From Felis catus (lineage: Eukaryota), in assembly GCF_018350175.1 (NCBI RefSeq), contig NC_058368.1:119724001-119788000 (forward strand): 64,000 bases of DNA, given 5' to 3'. Below the pieces are notes generated by a model. The model ran no database searches. It had not been told where the DNA came from and saw only the letters and a list, made by a program, of their open reading frames with translations. A program made the position numbers and the translations under genes. This document shows, piece by piece, positions 38,288 through 51,480 of the stretch (position 1 is its first letter; every line of letters starts with the position of its first letter).

Positions 38288-40335
38288 TGCTGATGAGGGG
38301 ATTCCTGATTGGTTTAAGATTCCTCTTCTGGGAGAGCAGGAACTATAATTAAATTATGCTTTGGTTTGGTGGTGTGGGGCTTAACATAAATGACTCTATT
38401 TTGGCCCTGTTGTCTTTTTTTTTTTTTTTTTTTTAACAATACTGCAAAAGCACCACTTGCAAAACTTATCTGCAGGCTTGTTAAGGTAATTTATTAAAAT
38501 TAAAGGAGGCAATTAGTTATTTTAAGCCACATGCAAATTTTAAGGAAAAGGTTAAGATTTTGAAGAGCTAGAATTTCTGAACTTTTTCTCCTTTTTTTTC
38601 TTTTTCTTCTTCTCCTTCCCTTTTCCTCTCTTTCCCTCCTCCTCTCTCTTCTTCTGCTCTTCCTTTCAGTGCAGCTCAGTGTGTGGCATTGGTGGCTGGA
38701 AGTCTTCAGTGAACCTAGGTATGTAAGAACAAGGTAGTTTGGCTAGATTAAAGCTTACTGTGAATGGGGTAATCAATAGTTGGAAAAGTAGGTATAGGAT
38801 AGATCCAAGAAAGCTTGAGATGCTGTGCTAATGCATAGTAACTCAGAGTCACTGAGGATGAGGAGGCAGAGGGAATGAGATACATAATATTTTTTATTAC
38901 TCTGGACATGAGGTCATAGCCTAATCAGGTTTTCTCCAGAATCCACAAAAACTGAAGTGTCCTGGTTACTCTTGTAAAAATATTAAATGGGAAGAGTGGG
39001 CAGAAACAAGCTTTATGTGTTGCTGGGACTCACCTGTCTCTGAATTCAGCCTTCAAACGTCAGCAGAGTCGAAACGGTGGTGCGGGGCACCTCCAAGAGA
39101 CAGCGAAGAAAATTCTGCCTTCCTGTTTCCTCCTTCAGATGATCTTCCTTTCTTATAACTAACCTCCCCCAATTCACTTCTGCTTTGATTTCTGTACTGA
39201 AAGTGTCCATCTTACCTTTAAGGCCTCTAGAATCAGAAGGTTTCTCTTTTTCTTTTGGACTTTCTTTTTTACAAGGAACTTTTAACAAAGTCCAGCAAAG
39301 CCGTGGTGCTCCTGAAAGCTTGCTCTGTTTAAATTGTATCCAGAATTATAATTTCTTTAACGGTGGCCATTCCTCTGGTATTGTGTATCACACTGAAAAA
39401 AAGATATTTTGAAATTCTTTAACAGCATATTAAAATGCAAATCGGTCTTCCTATTAAAGATTTCTGGAAGTTCTCTGACAACACATTTAAATGCAAATTG
39501 CTGAAGTGTAGATGCTAAAATTAAAATTGGGAACAGAATACACCTCCGTGGAGGGGCTGGTGCTCTTAACAGCATAGAGGAAAGAAGTACTCTAGGCCTC
39601 CTGTATTGTAATCACACAGTCAGTAGGTGACCCACCGAAGGGACAATTCCAGAGGAGAACATTCCCACCTCTCAGTTGCTCCTCCTCTTGCATTTAATTC
39701 TGCAAAATGGATCTGAGCCGAGTAGGCTCATGGCAACCTAATACAATACAGATTTTTTCCTTCTCTTGTGTTGTGTTGTCTGGACAGGGGCAGGCAAAGC
39801 TCCTAACCCACTGGTATTATTTACTTTGCAACTCTGCCATGGTCTATTTACAGCTTGTCTGAGATTTCTTCCCTTTCTTCTGCTCTTCCTAGAAGTGGAT
39901 TGTTCTAGGAGGCAGGTCCCTATAGCAACGATACAAACCAGTGCTTTTCCAATTCTCCTTTTGTGACACTGCAGGGTCCCTCTAATTATTCCAAGGGGGT
40001 GTCATGGGACTCTTAAAACAGAATTAGTTTTAATTCACTCTAAATTTAAAAATAAATATGTGTCATTCTGTGGTTTGGGGCCACTGGATGGTAAAGAATG
40101 TGGGCTGTGCGTAAGGATGATGATGAGAGTGAAATTAAATAATGATCTGTTCAAAACGACTTGAAAATTTAATGGTAGAGATTATTTCAGGATGATGTGG
40201 TTTCTTCAGAATAATGGAGAATAGACTCCTAGTCCTTAAAATGTGGCTCCCAGGTTGCTATTCTCATATAGGCTGGGCTAGGAGGAAAGCCTTTCTTGGC
40301 AAGGCTGAGCACTCTGTCTTCTGACATTGTTTTTC

Positions 40336-40794
40336 TTTTTTTAATTTTTTTTAACATTTGTTTATTTTAATTTTTTTTTAATTTTTTTTTCAACGTTTAT
40401 TTATTTTTGGGACAGAGAGAGACAGAGCATGAACGGGCGAGGGGCAGAGAGAGAGGGAGACACAGAATCGGAAACAGACTCCAGGCTCTGAGCCATCAGC
40501 CCAGAGCCTGACGCGGGGCTCGAACTCCTGGACCGCGAGATCGTGACCTGGCTGAAGTCGGACGCTTAACCGACTGCGCCACCCAGGCGCCCCGAACATT
40601 TGTTTATTTTTAAGACAGAGAGAGAGCATGGACAGGGGAGGGTCAGAGAGAGAGGGAGACACAGAATCTGAAACAGACTCCAGGCTCTGAGCTGTCAGCA
40701 CAGAGCCCGACGTGGGGCTCAAACCCACGGATTGTGAGATCATGACCTGAGCCGAAGTCAGACGCTTAACCGACTGAGTCACCCAGGCGCCCCT
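40336..40794 (-). mobile_element. Can-SINE with a younger SINE (40369-40594) inserted in its tail
   Basis: Outer TSD tgacattgtttttc (40322-40335, 40795-40808); inner TSD aacatttgtttatttt (40353-40368, 40595-40610). Confidence 0.97.
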
Positions 40795-41100
40795 TGACAT
40801 TGTTTTTCCAGGTGATGTGTCCTTCGGACTTTTTTAAGTAGTCCTGGGAAAATATCCTGGCTCAATAGGTCTCTTTGGTACTCTTTATTGGATCCTCTGT
40901 TTAAAAGTAATTTTTAGTTATACAAATACACATGAATACATTTTCCCTTAAAGGCTCTTTTTCTTAAACCCAGTACCCTCTCCTTGTTCTGGGAGTTAAC
41001 TCCTGTTGTGAACTTAATATGTACTCTTCAAAATGCTTACATATATATCTACAGATGATATGTAGCACTATTGTTAAACTATGGTTTAAAAGTCATTCTA

Positions 41101-41337
41101 GGGGTACCTGAGTGGCTCAGTCAGGTTAAGTGTCTGACTTTGGCTTAGGTCATGATCTTGTGGTTTGTGAGTTCAAGCCCTGCATTGGTCTCTGTGCTGA
41201 CAGCTCAGAGCCTGGAGCCTGCTTCAGAGTCTATGTCTCCCTTTCTCTCTCTGCCGCACCACCCCACCCCCCACCCCTGCTTGCACTCTGTGTCTCTCTC
41301 AAAAAATAAATAAACATTAAAAAATTTAAATATATAT
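41101..41337 (+). mobile_element. Can-SINE
   Basis: TSD aaaagtc(a/t)ttcta at 41088-41100 and 41338-41350. Confidence 0.95.
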
Positions 41338-42220
41338 AAAAGTCTTTCTAAAATAAGATCTTTGTCTATCAGGGTGTCTTAGAGGATTGTCAGTTTTGAT
41401 GTTTATAGCTTTAATTCATTTATTTGCTTTTAGTGTTATATAATTATATTATAGTTTATTTAACCAATTTCTTAATGGTATACATTTAGATTACTTGTAA
41501 TTTTTCAGTATTACAAATAATGCTGCAAGGAATATTTTTACATTTGGCTCATATTAGGGTAGATACTGAGAAATGCAATTACTCTGAACCTAATTTTTCA
41601 AGGAATTTGCCCCTTTCTCTTAGTCTTCTGTATCAGCAGATATATCTAGAAACATTCCTTTTTTGACTGGTAGCTTCTGGTTTACTGAAAAGAGAGATTT
41701 TGTTCCCTGTTGGAACTCTTTTCCATAATCTGCGTGATTAAAAAAAATCACAATATTGCAAGAAATTACATCATAATGGCAGTCATATCCTGTGTTTTAT
41801 CCACAGCGCAGATGACAGGGCATAAAGCAGAGCTCTGAGTGATGGAGTTAATATCATTGATTCATTGCTGCTACATGTCCATAGATTCTGTATTCTTCTC
41901 CAAGGGTCAAAAGCTCCCTATCAGTTTTTCCCCTAAGTGTGTCATTTCTCTTTGAAAAGTTTGCCATAGAGCAGAAATAATAATTCTCAATTGTATAGTT
42001 CTTTGTATTCTTTGGTGGGCCTCATAATCTGGAAATAGTGAAATATCTGGTGAATTCAGAGAGTGTAGATAGCTCAAAGTTGGTAATGATGGCGATGATG
42101 ATGATAGTGCTCCAGTGAGCTAATGGGAATCCTTGCTGAAGGAAAAAACAAACTGCTCAATGACTTCCTTCTGTAGAGTACATGTTAAGCTTAGTTAGGG
42201 AATAGATAAGCTTTTGCATT

Positions 42221-42645
42221 ATTTTATTTATTTATTTATTATATTTAAATACAAGTTAATGAACATAGTGTATTAATGGTTTCAGGAATAGAATTTAGTG
42301 ATTCATCACTTACATACAACACCCAGTGCTCATCCCAACAAATGCCCTCCTTAATGTTCATCACCCCTTTAGTCCATCCCCCAACCTACCTCCCCTCCAG
42401 AAACCTTCAGTTTATTCTTCTGTATTTAAGATTCTCTTATGGTTTGCCTCCCTCTCATTTTTTATCTTATTTTTCCTTCCCTTCCCTATGTTCATCTGCT
42501 TTGTTTCTTAAATCCTACATATGAGTGAAATCATGATATGTATCTTTCTCTGACTTATTTCCCTTAGCATAATACATTCTAGTTCCATCCACGTTGTTGC
42601 AGATGTCAAGATTTCATTCTTTTTGATCGCCAAGTAATATTGCAT
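42221..42645 (-). mobile_element. Carnivore L1 3' end
   Basis: 'ttcaggaatagaatttagtgattcatcacttacatacaacacccagtgctcatc...catatgagtgaaatcat...ctagttccatccacgttgttgc'. Confidence 0.92.
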
Positions 42646-42728
42646 GATGTAATTTTAGTCGCAGAAGGCCAAACTTGGAAAAGCACTTAGACAAACACCC
42701 TCATATTCTTTTAAGAAAATTGGGTCTC

Positions 42729-42936
42729 GGGGCACCTGGGTGGCTCAATCGGTTGAGCATCTGACTTTGGCTCAGGTCATGACCTCTCGGTTTGTGAGTT
42801 TGAGCACCGTGTCAGGCTCTGTGCTGACAGCTCAGAGCCTGGAGCCTGCTTCAGATTCTGTGTCTCCCTCTTTCTCTGCCCCTCGCCTGCTTGTGCTCTC
42901 TCTCTCAAAAATAAATAAACATTAAAAAAAAAAAAA
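42729..42936 (+). mobile_element. Can-SINE
   Basis: TSD aagaaaa(t/c)tgggtctc. Confidence 0.95.
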
Positions 42937-45159
42937 AAGAAAACTGGGTCTCAAAGAAGTGCTATATCTTGTCCAAGATCACTTAGGAAGATAGTGGTAG
43001 CATCAGCATTATAAATCAGATTTTTGAAATTTTATTTTTAATAGTTCTATGAATTTTGACACATTCGCTAATACATTCAGGATACAAAACAATTCCATCA
43101 TTCCAAAAAACTGTGTTTCCCCTGTGTAACCAAATCTGACCTCCATCCCTAACCTCTGGCAACTAGTGGTCTCTGAAATAGAAGTGCTTTTTCAAGGATT
43201 TCGTATACATGAAGCATAGAGTAACCTTTTACATTTGGCTCCTTCCCCTTAAATAATGTGTTTAAGATTCCTTCATGTTTTGAGTGCATTAGAAGTTCAT
43301 TCCTTTTTATTTCTGAGTTGCATTCCGTTGTGTGGATGTATTGCAGTTACTTCATCCATTCACCCACCGAAGGGCAATTGGGTTGTTTCTAATTTCTGGT
43401 GATTACAAATAATGCTGTTACAAATATGTGTGTGCAAGTTTTTGTGAGAACATAAGATTGTATCAGTCTAGAGTAATTCCACTGGAAGCGGAATTGCTGG
43501 GTCGTACAGTAAGCATATATTTAACGTTAGAAGAAGCTGCCAAACTTTAACCAGAGTGGCTCTACCATTTTGCAGTGCCGCCAGAGCAAGATGTTCAGGT
43601 ATTTTCACCTTTGCCAGCACTTGCTACTGTTCGTGTTGAGATGTTAGCAATTTTAATATGTTTGCAGTGTATCTCACTGTAGTTTTAATTTGCGTTTACC
43701 TAATAAGGAACGATGTTAGGCAGGTTTTCATGCCCTTGTCATTTGTAGGTCTTCTTGGGGGAAATGCCTGTTAAAATGCTTTATCTAGTTTTTAATGGGT
43801 TTATTTTTTGCCTTTCTGTTGAATTTTAAAATTAAAAATATGTATATATTCAAGATATAAGTACTTTGTTGAATATGTGATTTGTGGCTTGGCTATTTTT
43901 CTCCCCTAGTATGTAGTTAGTCTTTTCACTTGCTGTCTTTTGCAGAGCAAAGTTTTCAATTTTGATGAAGTCACATTTATCAGTTTTATTTTATGGGTTG
44001 TGATTTGATGTCACATCTAAGAGCTTTTTGCCTAACCCAGGGTTTCAAGAAATCCTTGTTGACATCAAAAAGTTTAATAGTGCTTTGTTTTCTATATAAG
44101 TGTAGGATCCATTTTGAGTTAATTTTTATTTAACACATGAGGTATAAATACAGGGTTTTTGTGTTTTGTTTTTTGTCTTTGTTTTTGGCTTCTATATGTT
44201 CAATTGTCCATCCCCATTCATTAGAGTCTATACTTTCTCTTCATTGACTTGCTTTTGCTCTGTTGTCAAAACTCAGTTTTCTGTATGTCTGTTTCTGAAA
44301 TCTGTATTCTGTTCCATTGATCCGTATGACTCCCCTTGCATCCATACCACACTTACTGTCCTGTTTACTGTAGCTTTATAATAAGTTTTATGGAATCACG
44401 TGAGATATCTCACTTTTGTTCTTAATCTTTAAAATTGGTTGGGATACTTTGTTCTTTTACCTTTTCATCTAGATAGAACCAGTTTTTCAAAATTTCAAAA
44501 AAAAAATTCTACTAGACTCTTGACTGGGATTGTATTATATCTTTAGATCCATTTGGAGAGATTTGAGGAAAATCAAAATCTTAAAACATTGGGAAAATTA
44601 AAATCCTAAAATATTGAGGCTTCCATTCTGCACATATAGTATATCCTTCCACTAATTCACATTCTTCTTTACTTTATTTCATCAGTGTTTTAAAGTTTTC
44701 AGCAACAGATTTAGCACATATTTTGTTAGCTTTATCACTAAGTATTTAATTTTTTGGAGCTTTAAAACATTTTTTTAATATTCAAATGTTCATTGCTTAC
44801 TGTAAAGAAATATGATTGATTTTTGTGTGTTGATCTCATATGATGCAGCCATGTTGAACTCATTTATTAGGTCTAGGAACTTTTTGGTAGATGCTTTGCA
44901 ATTTTCCATGTTGGCAGTGATAGTGTCTATGAGTAGAGACAATGTTATTTCTTCTTTTGCAATCCATATGCGTTTTATTTCTTTTAGTGTGTCTTATTGC
45001 AGTGACTAGGGCTTTAGTCTAATATTGAACAGGAAAGGTGATAGTGGGTATCCTTGCCTTGGCCTCCATTCTAGGGGAAAAGCATTAATTCTTTTTTCAT
45101 TAATTATGATGTTTGCTGCATGTTTTTAAAGAGGTCTTTATTCAGTTTAAGAAAGCTCT

Positions 45160-45382
45160 TCTTTTTAAAATTGTTTTAAAATGTTCATTTATTTTTGAGA
45201 AAGAGAGAGAGAGACAGAGCGTGAGAGAGGTAGGGGCAGAGAGAGAGGGAGACACAGAATCTGAAGCAGGCTCCAGGCTCTGAGCTGTCAGCACAGAGCC
45301 CAAAGCGGGGCTCGAACCCAGGAACACATCATGACTTGAGCCAAAGCCGGATGCCCAACCATCTGAGCCACCCAGGCACCCC
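45160..45382 (-). mobile_element. Can-SINE
   Basis: Reverse SINE ending cccaggcacccc. Confidence 0.95.
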
Positions 45383-45787
45383 AGCTATCTATTTCTTCTT
45401 AAGTGAGTTTTGGTAGTGTGTCTTCACCTGGTGCACTTCATCTAAGTTGTTGAATTTATGGCCATAAAGTTATTCTTATCATTATCCTATAATCCTTTTA
45501 GTGTCTCTGAAGTCTGTAGTGATATATTCTGATATAGGTAATTTGTGTCTTCCCTCTTTTTAATTTGTCAGTCTGGAGGGAGGGTGGGTTTTTTTTTTCT
45601 TTTTTCCCCATAAATTAAGTTGATCTTTTCAAAGAAGCTGCTTTTGGTTTCATTGATTTTTTTCTTCTGTTTTCCATTTTCTTCTTTATTTACTTCCTTC
45701 TGCTTGCTTTAAGTTCCATATGTTATTCTTTTCTTAGTTTCTTAGGGTAGTAACTTTGATTATTGATATGAGAATGTTTTTCATTTC

Positions 45788-45895
45788 TTTTTTTTAAAGA
45801 AAGTTTATTTTTTTTAGTAATCTCTACACCCAATGTAGTGCTCAAACTCATGACTCCAAGATTGCTAGCTCTTCCAACTGAGCCAGCCAAGCTTC
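45788..45895 (-). mobile_element. Short old carnivore tRNA-SINE
   Basis: 'taatctctacacccaatgtagtgctcaaactcatgactccaagat...actgagccagcca'. Confidence 0.8.
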
Positions 45896-48800
45896 CTCAT
45901 TCTTTGTTTCTAATAGAAGCATTAAATGCTGTATGTTTTCTCTTAAGCACTGCTTTAGGTGCATACCATTGGTTTTGACGTGTTGTATGTTCATTTTCAT
46001 TCAAATTGGAGTATTTTCTAACTTCCTTTGGCTCCTGGATTATTTACAAGCGTGTTGTTTAACTTTCAAATTTTGGGGGATTTACTAGGTATCTTTCTGT
46101 TACTGATTCCTGGTTCAATTTTGTTATGAAAAAATATCTTGCATTAGTTAGATTAAACATTTTGTTAAAGTTAGTTTTTATGACACAGCATATGGTCTGT
46201 CCTGTTGAATGTTCCATGTGTTCTTGAAAACAACATGTATTGTACATTATTGAATAGAGTGTTTTATGTCAATTAGGCCAAATTGGTTGATAGCGTTCAG
46301 GACTTCTGTGTCCTTGTTGGTTTTCTTTCTGCTTGATCTTTGGATATGAGAGATGAGTTTGCAAGTCTCCCAAGTTTCATTATGGCTTTGTTTCTCCTTT
46401 CAGCTACACTCATTTTTGCTTTGAATATATACTTTGAATATGTTATTAGGTACAAATACACTTAGAGTTTTTATATTAATGAATTGGCCCTTTGAAAATA
46501 ATTTCTGTAACATCCCTCTTGATCTCATAATTTTTCTTGTTCCAAAGTCTTAATCTTATCTTTATGTAGCCCCCACTGTGATCAACTTGGTGGCAAAGGA
46601 GCAAGAGAATAGGAAGAAAAACTCCTGAGCTCACAGCAGCCCTCTTTTCCACTTCCTCTGATCATAGCAAAATATGGCTTTCAGATTAGATAAAAGTCTG
46701 CACAGGAGTATAGCCTCATGATTTAGGCTTGCCTGGGGATAACACAGGAGGCTAAAAAATATTAAACCAGTATTCCCCTCACAGTGCTATCCATCCCACA
46801 GAGCCCCCTTTCCTGGTTTTTTGGCCTTGAAGAGAGGGGAGAGAACCCTCCTGAAGTGTTTTCTGATTACACCTGCTGCATGGTCTTGAGATTCAGAGTT
46901 TTGTGGAGTTCAAGCTGGTAGATGGAGGGGGGGTGGATAGGAATATCTGTACCATATTGGTCATGCTCACAGTTCTATTATTTACTTGTAGGGTAATCAG
47001 GTAGTTGCTTAATGTATATTCTGCTCAGTATTCTTCATTGTAATCAGGAAAAGAAAGTATGGAGTGAGCTTACTCTGTGTTAGGGGGAACCTTCACCTCA
47101 GAAATCACACTGTAATCCTCACTGTGGACAACTCAGACTTCCCTCTCACTATCTGTCACTTTGGTCAAAAATACCTCTCAACTGGTTCTATTATTCTTCT
47201 TGAAGCCCTTATGTTTCATACTAATTTTAACATATGTGAGTAATGCAAATGCAGTACCCAGCTGTTTTTAGCCAATTATGCCTTAATTCTAATCCTTTTA
47301 ATAGATAATCACTAGTATAGATCATAACCAAGAGATAGCAGAACCAAAAAGGAGAATTAAAATTCCTTGGTAGAAATAAAAAGAAATCCTAGAGACTGGC
47401 TTTCTAGAGACCATGTCTTGGAAGGGTGAAAATATATGTCCCTGAACCCACAAAGGACAAATAAGAACTTTGATTACCTGAGGGATATAAATCAATAGGT
47501 ATTGGGTTTTATCAGTAAGTACTCTTTTGGTTGTGATCATAGCACTATTTAGCTTAAGCTAAAAAATAAATTTATTTACAAATCTAAGGGTAATATGATT
47601 TCAGAAGTGGCTAAATCTCGTTAGTTAAATTATACAGCCAGGAATGTCTTCCTCATTTTTTTGGCTTGTAGAGTTTTCTTTTGGCTTCATTCTTGGACAG
47701 ATTCTTCTCATGATGTGTTAAGGTCACTAGTAGTTTCAGATTTACAGTATTTCCTCAAAGTAACTCCAGGAAATAGAGTATCTTTCTCACAACTGTAATC
47801 GAAAGTTCAAGGTTAGCACTGATTGGCCTGGTCAGGGCTTTGTTCCCGTTTCTCAGCAAATGACTATTCTGATTTTCCTGGTCTGGGTCTGGAAATGGGA
47901 AGTAGGCTCAGCCACTGATAGAGCACAGGCTACCAGTGAGGAAAGAGCAAATCCTCCAGGAAATTTGAGGTCCTGTGATTATAAGAAGAGGGCATTGATT
48001 CTAAAAAGGCAAAACGAGCTATCCACCATGTTGGTGATGTTGAAAGAAGGGTGGAAAGCTATGAAAAGAAACCTTTCCTACTTTGCAGTCTATTTTGTGT
48101 GAGAAGGAAAGTTTAAAGGCTGATTTTCTAAAACTCTAACAGTAACAATTCTCTTGAATCCAGGGGAGTAAGTGAATATACTGAGTTTTTGTAGTCAATG
48201 ATTTCAGCACTGACATGTATAGTAAATGCCATTCTTCAGTAATACTGAATGGCATATACAAAAGACAGACCAGTGTCTCCTTTTTTTCCCCACTAATTGC
48301 TACCTGCTATATTTTGTTACTTATAAAAAAAAACATAAGGAACAGGTTTCAAGTTAGATTGCTTTTCACGTTAAAAAGTATATCAGATACACTTTTTAAT
48401 TTTGACATATTTATAGCTAAGAGAAAAAAAATTACTGGGAATTAAAAGCAGAACATTGGTTGAAGAAAAGAATCTGGAAGAAGAGGGTAGGCATTTCCAA
48501 AGTTATGGGTGCTGCTTTCTCCTCTTCCGTATGTCTCACCACAAACTGGTGTACTGGGGGTTCAGGGGTCAGTGTCACAGACAGAATCCCTTAAGTGATC
48601 ATCAGAAATACGCCATCCCAGGAGCACATCACTGAAACCACCACCACCACCATTCGGCTGCCCACAGAGATGTGGAGGTGAGAAGCTTGCAGGTAAAACT
48701 GCTGCACAAAAGATTGTGCCTCTCCCCATCCAAGGCGAGTTTGTGGGAGGCTGTGAAGATGTTCTGTGCCAGGAGGGGTTTGTGATTTCCCTGCAGCCCC

Positions 48801-49832
48801 TGTATCACAAAAGAAACATTTCCTGAGAACTGAGGAAGAGATTGGAGATTGGAGCAAATTTCTCGGCCTGTTGCAAACAGCAAGGTGACTGTTGAACACT
48901 TCAGAAAATCCAAGAGCCTAAAATGAGTCCTTACACACACATCTTTGGGATAGGAAGAAAAAGGAAAATAACCATCAGAAAAATGCTTTAATGTTTTATT
49001 CAAAGTCTGACATGTAGAATAGCTGGCATAGCCACCTCTAACTGTTGGAAAGCATCTCAGGATGAAAAGTTAACTCACAGCTTTCTTAACGTTCTTTCCT
49101 TTCCCTATTTCTGGCTTTTGTAGAGTCAGGGGACCTTCAGGTGATGTGTATGGCCCAAATAATATACTCTGGAACCAAGCTTTTTGTTTTTCTGAGACCG
49201 CACGGATGTAGTATGGTTTTTCACTAGGGTCTACCCAAACTCTTTCATAATATACATGTTCCCATGCGCTGTTTCACTCTACAAGTATGAAATTACTGGA
49301 TCATGAAAGAAGCATTTCTATTTTAATTCAAAAATTGTACGACACATTGCTATTTTGCAAACATAGGGCTTTAGTTTCATATGATAATGTTTTGTAGTTG
49401 GTGTTCTGATGATCTGACAAGACCACAAACCTTTATTAAAAGACTAATCCCTTTATAAGTTTTTGCCTTATTTCTTATTCTTTCTTATTTCTTATTTTTG
49501 CCTGAATTTCTTCAAAATTCAGAGTAGATAGAACAGTTTTTAAATGTACAGAATTTTTGTGTTTCAACCACAGGTCTAAGTGGAAAGCATGATAGTAATG
49601 GCTGTCATACTAATTTCTTTTTCCACTTTAAGCCTTCTGCTAATGGTGATAGTAATTATCGGATAAAGGATTTAAATCACTGGCATCATTACTTGATGTT
49701 TTGGGCAGTCACATGTTTGATTTTGTTTTGAATCATTGCCAATTGCCAGGCCTAGTTTGATGTGAAATTTGGAGGTTTGGAGATGTTTGTTATGTGTTTA
49801 GATAGCTCTCTTTCTTTCTTTGTTTCATTAAA

Positions 49833-50040
49833 AATTTTTTTTTTAATTTTATTTTTGAGGGAGAGAGACACAGAGTGCGAGCAGGGGAGGGGCAGAAGGA
49901 GAGGGAGACACAGAATCGGAAGCAGCTCCAGGCTTGCAGCTGTCAGCACAGAGCCCGACACAGGGCTCAAACCAACCAACCATGAGATCATGACCTGAGC
50001 CTAAGTCGGCTGCTTAACCAACTGAGCCACCCAGGTGCCC
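49833..50040 (-). mobile_element. Can-SINE
   Basis: Reverse SINE body ending caggtgccc. Confidence 0.95.
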
Positions 50041-50877
50041 ATCTCTCTTTATTTCTTTATGTTTTCAGCTGCTTTATTTGAGATGATAGTCATGCATCAT
50101 ATATATCACAGTGTATGAATAAAGATACCTTTTTGTCCTTCCCCCAAATAAAAATATACTTTTGTTTGGATTGAGTGAGTTGTAGGTACAGTCATAGGCC
50201 TGGATTGACCCATAGATTCTCTAGCAGAGTCACCATTGTGATTTCCACTATCATTTTTGGGAATTGACTTGGTTGTACTTAATCTATAAAAGTGTTTGTC
50301 CAATGATAAAGGGCTATAGGATTTGTGAAGGAAAATAAATCACTTAACAAATAATACAATCTTCTTCTTATACTGCAAGACTTTGATTGAGTTGCACAAT
50401 TTAACAATTCAATTTGGTAAATAGTTATGGACACCCACCATGATCCAGACACCATGAGAGATGTGGGGCTCTGAAGATGAATGAGATGTTTGTCTCTAAG
50501 CATGGAGGTACAGGTGGGAAAACATGTTATAACAAATGGACATGTGCATTGTACCTTAGAGTTAGCCATTTAAATTCAGACTCCAAAATTTGGTTTTATA
50601 AGGGAGAATTATGACTATTTCTGTTCTTAATTTTAAGAATATCTGCAAAGTCCTTTTATATAGATTGAGTTACCTAGAACTGGATTAGTGATAACACTGT
50701 GAGTTAGTTACCATGGTTGGTGAGGAACAGTCTACCTCCCCTGGTCATTAGGATGATGGCTGTAGTGGTAGCCATAGTGAGAGACATGGTGATATTATGT
50801 CAGATCCTTCTTGGGCACTCACTGTGTCCCAAGTCTGCTTCTAAAATTATTCGATTATTTACCTCACTTTATCCTTA

Positions 50878-51335
50878 TGTAGTAGTGTAAATCCTCCCAG
50901 AAGTAGATGCCAAGACAGGACAACACAGGAAAGCATTTTGTTAGCGAGATACCTGTGAGAGAAAATGGGAGGGAGCCTGGGAAGGCTGGCGGGTCTGTCA
51001 GGTTGTGATGCGAGTCTCACCTCAGGTGTGAGAGGGGAGGTAGGTTTGGTGGAGGTGTCTGCAGTTATATTAGTCTGAGGAAGGTTAGGCAAGGTGGGCA
51101 GGGAGTCCTTGAGTCAAAATGAGCCAGTAAAGGAGTCTCATGTCTTCTAGAAACTAGCCTGCCTTAATATCCTTCCTGTGTTCTGCTGAGAGCAGTGACG
51201 GGCCTGTGCGAGGGCAGGGGGCCTTGGTGCATATGCTGCTGTCCGTTTCACGGGCAGCTGCCAGGGTCCTTGGTTGCTTAATGGATTACAGCTCCCCATG
51301 GTTGGAGTCTGTGGATATGTTCTCATGGCCACCAT
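50878..51335. mobile_element. MLT1-type MaLR LTR
   Basis: 'cccagaagtagatgccaagacagg...atacctgtgagagaaaatggga...ggcagggagtccttgagtcaaa'. Confidence 0.7.
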
Positions 51336-51339
51336 ACTT

Positions 51340-51480
51340 TATAAACAGTTCCATTTTACAGATGAGAAAACTAAGGCAACAGATTGAGTGATTTGCCTAA
51401 TGTTAGCAACTCATAAGTGGCCAAGACTCCAACCCGTGCTGTGCTGTTTGGTGTCAGATTCTCTGCTTTTAATCCCTTGA
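51340..51480 (-). mobile_element. MIR
   Basis: 'ccattttacagatgagaaaactaaggc'. Confidence 0.85.

Larger units (their letters stand above)
33605..38438 (-). mobile_element. Degenerate non-autonomous class I (ERV1/gamma-like) endogenous provirus
   Basis: Two homologous TG..CA LTRs in the same orientation, PPT next to one and PBS next to the other, integrase and env remnants in pol-env order on the minus strand. Confidence 0.92.
37583..38438 (-). mobile_element. 5' LTR of the provirus, interrupted by two SINEs
   Basis: tgtgaa...ttaaca; homologous to 33605-33992 once the SINEs are removed. Confidence 0.88.
43020..46560 (-). mobile_element. Old L1M fragment (3' UTR plus decayed ORF2), about 3.5 kb, SINE-interrupted
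   Basis: 'ttcattcctttttatttctgagt', 'ctgccaaact..ccagagtggctctaccatttt', 'atccattttgagttaattttt', 'gggtatccttgccttg'. Confidence 0.88.
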
